Part shown: positions 61,089 through 64,000 of the stretch, piece by piece
Position numbering within the stretch: position 1 is the stretch's first letter
Layout: the number at the start of each line of letters is the position of its first letter
Source: an uncultured Methylomirabilota bacterium
Lineage (GTDB): Bacteria > Methylomirabilota > Methylomirabilia > Methylomirabilales > 2-02-FULL-66-22
Assembly: GCA_963705305.1 (NCBI GenBank)
Contig: OY970067.1
Location: forward strand, 2,720,001 to 2,784,000
Reading direction: 5' to 3'
DNA: 64,000 nucleotides
The notes under the pieces: generated by a model
The model's database searches: none
Told to the model about the DNA's origin: nothing
The model's input: the letters and a program-made list of their open reading frames with translations, nothing else
Program-made: the position numbers and the translations under genes

Positions 61089-62210
61089 TCACCCAAGGTG
61101 ATCCTCAGGCCGACCATGCTCTGGGTCTGTTGGGGCGGGCCGCCGGTATCGGCCCGGCGACGCCGATTGTGGGTCGACCAGAAGTACCTCTGTGACCGCC
61201 GTTAGCATCTCCTTCACAGAGACATCGTTCACCGTGCGGGCGCGCACCACGCGGGCCCGGTCGGCGTGCGGCCAGAAGCGCACGGGATCGGTCGGTCCCA
61301 TGGTGGAGACCGACGGGACATCAAAGGCGCAGGCGATGTGGAGGGGGCCGGAATTGTTTCCGATGAACAGGCCGCATTGCGCAATTGCGGCCGCCGAGAC
61401 CCCCACCCCACACCCGCACAGGATGGCCGGTCGTACCGCCATGGCATCGGCGATCTCCTTCAAGAGGAGACGGTCTCCTTCTCCTCCGATAAGTACGGGG
61501 GACAGCCCGAGTCCCGCGGTCAGGTCTGCAAGCTGTGCGAATCTCGGTGCTGGCCACCTCTGTTCCGGGTAGAAGCCCCCGGGGTGGAAGATCGCGAACC
61601 GCGCGCCAACGCCTTGGCGGGACAGGAGATCCCGAGCCACGGTCTTCGCCTGGGGGTGGAGTTGGACCTGCAGAGGAAAAGGACGTGGCTGAAGCCCCAG
61701 GACCCGCAGGATGTCGAAGGTCTCCTGGATGAAATGCTTCCTTTCGCGGGCGGGGACGGGGATATCGAAGAAGGCCCCGCGGCCGCCGAAATCGAACCCC
61801 ACCGAGCACCGGGCGCGGGTCCGCCACGCGAGAAGCGCCGTCTTGAGTACGTAGTCGTAATGCATGTCCACCGCAAGGTCGTACCCCTCAGAGGTGAGTT
61901 CCGTCACCACGCTGGTCACCGCCCCCTGATCAAATACCAGAATCCGATCGGCCAGCTGCCCACCGTGAAGGAGCTCGCGGGCGAATGGCATCCCCAGCAG
62001 GGTGACCTCCGCACCTGGGAAACATTCCCGGAGGTTTTGGAGAAAAGGGGTGGAGAGCACCAAGTCGCCTATCCTGTCGATCCTCAGCAGGAGAATCTTC
62101 CGGCACCTCTGCGGCAGGGGCGACCGCCGGCGAACAACCGCGATGGGCGCCAGCGCCGCACGCCTCAGCCCCAGGTAGGCACAGCGGAATACGTCCCTCG
62201 CTGCGATCAC
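61089..62210 (-). CDS. Glycosyltransferase family 9
   Basis: DRIGDLVLSTP, HPG..QRWP, GNNSGPLH. Confidence 0.9.
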   Translation of the reverse strand: MIAARDVFRCAYLGLRRAALAPIAVVRRRSPLPQRCRKILLLRIDRIGDLVLSTPFLQNLRECFPGAEVTLLGMPFARELLHGGQLADRILVFDQGAVTSVVTELTSEGYDLAVDMHYDYVLKTALLAWRTRARCSVGFDFGGRGAFFDIPVPARERKHFIQETFDILRVLGLQPRPFPLQVQLHPQAKTVARDLLSRQGVGARFAIFHPGGFYPEQRWPAPRFAQLADLTAGLGLSPVLIGGEGDRLLLKEIADAMAVRPAILCGCGVGVSAAAIAQCGLFIGNNSGPLHIACAFDVPSVSTMGPTDPVRFWPHADRARVVRARTVNDVSVKEMLTAVTEVLLVDPQSASPGRYRRPAPTDPEHGRPEDHLG

Positions 62211-63028
62211 GTGCCCGCCTTGCCGGCCACGACCAGCATTGCCTCCGACCAGCAGAGTCCCGTGAGCGTGCGGATTGCCTTGGCAGTTTTTTCCAGCACG
62301 CGGTTCACCGGTCGGAGCGCGCTCTCATCGATGCCCTCGAAGAGCAACCGGAATCCCGCCTTCTGCAGCATGGCCCGCAGCGTGGCCGGCGTGAAGTGGT
62401 ACAGGTGCAGCTCTCGCTCGCCCGGCGTGTAGTAACGGAGCCGCCTGCCCCGCGCCAGCGGATAGACGAGGCGTAGGAGGGTGAATCCTGCCGTGGGGAC
62501 TGCCACAATCAAAATGCCCTCCGGCGTGAGTAGCTCCCGAATCCTCAAAAGCGTCTGCAAAGGGCGGTCCGTGTGCTCGAGCACGTGCCACATTGTCACA
62601 ACGTCAAAGACGATTCTCAGTTGATCGATCCCCAGCAGGTCCCCCTCTGTAATGGCGAGGCCGTGCCTCGTGCGCAGCGTCCGTGCGGCCCAGGCCGACA
62701 CCTCGGTACCGGCCACCTGCCAACCCCTGTCCTGCGCCGCCAGGAGAAACGACCCGTCCCCGCATCCGACATCGAGAAGGTGGCCGACGCGGGCGAACCG
62801 TTCTAGAAAGTCCGCTCGCCTCTCCCAGAGTTCCGCACGGGGACGGGCCTGCTCTTCCAGCCATGGACGGTAGTAGTCCGCGTCGTAGTGCGCGGCGCTG
62901 TCGAGTGCCGGGAATGGGCTCAGGAAAATCAACCCGCAACGGGCGCACTCGACCACGTACACCCCATCGGCCGCCGTTTCCAAAACGCGGGAGTCCGTTG
63001 CGCCGCAGAGATTGCACACCCCGCTCAT
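62207..63028 (-). CDS. Class I SAM-dependent methyltransferase with N-terminal Zn ribbon
   Basis: CNLC/CARCG, LLDVGCGDG, WHVLEH. Confidence 0.9.
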   Translation of the reverse strand: MSGVCNLCGATDSRVLETAADGVYVVECARCGLIFLSPFPALDSAAHYDADYYRPWLEEQARPRAELWERRADFLERFARVGHLLDVGCGDGSFLLAAQDRGWQVAGTEVSAWAARTLRTRHGLAITEGDLLGIDQLRIVFDVVTMWHVLEHTDRPLQTLLRIRELLTPEGILIVAVPTAGFTLLRLVYPLARGRRLRYYTPGERELHLYHFTPATLRAMLQKAGFRLLFEGIDESALRPVNRVLEKTAKAIRTLTGLCWSEAMLVVAGKAGT

Positions 63029-64000
63029 GGACAGACCTGCTGGTACAGCGCCTCCACCGCCCGCGCGCACGCGGCGGCGTCGAATAACTGCTCCGCCCGC
63101 TTCCTGGCGGCTCTCCCCATCTGCCTTCGCCTTTCCGGCGCCAGGTAGAGATCGCGCAGGCGGTCGTGGAGGGCGCTGGCGTCCTGGGCCGGGACAAAGA
63201 AGCCGGTTTCTCCCTCGACCACCGTCTCGGCGTTTCCGCCCAGCGGCGTCGCCACGGACGGAACAGCGCAGGCCATCGACTCTATGAGTGACCGCGAGAG
63301 CCCCTCCGGGTGAAGCGTCGGGAACGCGAAGACATCCAGCGCGGAGTAAAACTCCGGCATGGCATCCGAGAAGGGCAGGAAGAGCACCCCCGTGTCGGCG
63401 GCCGCTCGCAGGGCGGTCTCATGAGGCCCCCTCCCGGCGATTAGCAACCTGGCGTCTGCGCCCCCTGCCCGCAGTCGGGAGAACGCCTCCATCAGAATAT
63501 CCAGCCCCTTGCTCGTGATGAGCTGCCCCGCATACCCGACGACGAAAGCCTGCGTGTCGATTCCCAGTCGCTCTCTCAAGGCGCCCTCGCCCACCCCCGG
63601 CTGGAACTCGGACAGGTCCACTCCGTTGTATACCACGTGGACCTTGGCCGAAAATCGCGGGGAGAACCGCTGCGCCGCGGCATGGGAGACGCAGAGGATC
63701 TTCGCACAGAGATACGGCAGGATCGCGTCGTACACCCCGCCCGACTGGGAGACCCGGGCATGGAATACGACCGGCACCCGCAGCCCTTGCAGCCCCAGCC
63801 CGCTCATGAGCGCGACGTAGACGGTGTCGCAGTGCAGGAGATCGGCGTCGAGGGCCCGGACGCGCCTGTGCAGAGCCAGGGCATGACGGACCGCCGAGAG
63901 GGAATCCAGCGACTCGCCGGCATTGAGGTCGTATACCTCTGCACCGAGATCGCGCGCCCGACGTGAAACCTCGCCCTCCCGGGGACACAATAGGATGGGC
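63025..64000 (-). CDS. Glycosyltransferase family 4 (5'-truncated by window edge)
   Basis: VYNGVD, KG, EGLSRSLIESMA, GETGFFVP. Confidence 0.9.
   Translation of the reverse strand, partial: PILLCPREGEVSRRARDLGAEVYDLNAGESLDSLSAVRHALALHRRVRALDADLLHCDTVYVALMSGLGLQGLRVPVVFHARVSQSGGVYDAILPYLCAKILCVSHAAAQRFSPRFSAKVHVVYNGVDLSEFQPGVGEGALRERLGIDTQAFVVGYAGQLITSKGLDILMEAFSRLRAGGADARLLIAGRGPHETALRAAADTGVLFLPFSDAMPEFYSALDVFAFPTLHPEGLSRSLIESMACAVPSVATPLGGNAETVVEGETGFFVPAQDASALHDRLRDLYLAPERRRQMGRAARKRAEQLFDAAACARAVEALYQQVCP

Overview
GC-rich bacterial chromosomal window. Gene order and protein style suggest a Methylomirabilota (NC10)/Deltaproteobacteria-like lineage (inference). From left to right it holds: murA and the his operon (with an embedded adenosine-specific kinase-family gene); rpsU-yqeY-mutS2-dnaG-rpoD-tRNA-Ile2(CAU); a ~5 kb decayed accessory island at the tRNA 3' end (RAYT transposase remnants with terminal motifs, a dead RHH/RelE toxin-antitoxin pair, small Cys-rich proteins, and an IS1202-family element with a 17-bp target duplication); zinc-ribbon/RNase HI/dciA; lpxC with a candidate sigma-54 promoter and IHF site next to ntrY-ntrX; HAD, CDF transporter and mutM; a PAS/GAF kinase-NarL regulator module; PilZ, radical SAM, a MITE, polX, ggt, queG and yjbQ; and a long minus-strand LPS/surface-polysaccharide modification cluster. 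The most unusual structure is a four-helix-bundle (IVS-type) gene fragment enclosed by inverted octamer arrays that fill an intergenic gap of the polysaccharide operon, with a gene-less heptamer analogue at ~38.9 kb. Several single-base insertions, including one in rpoD, look like sequencing errors.
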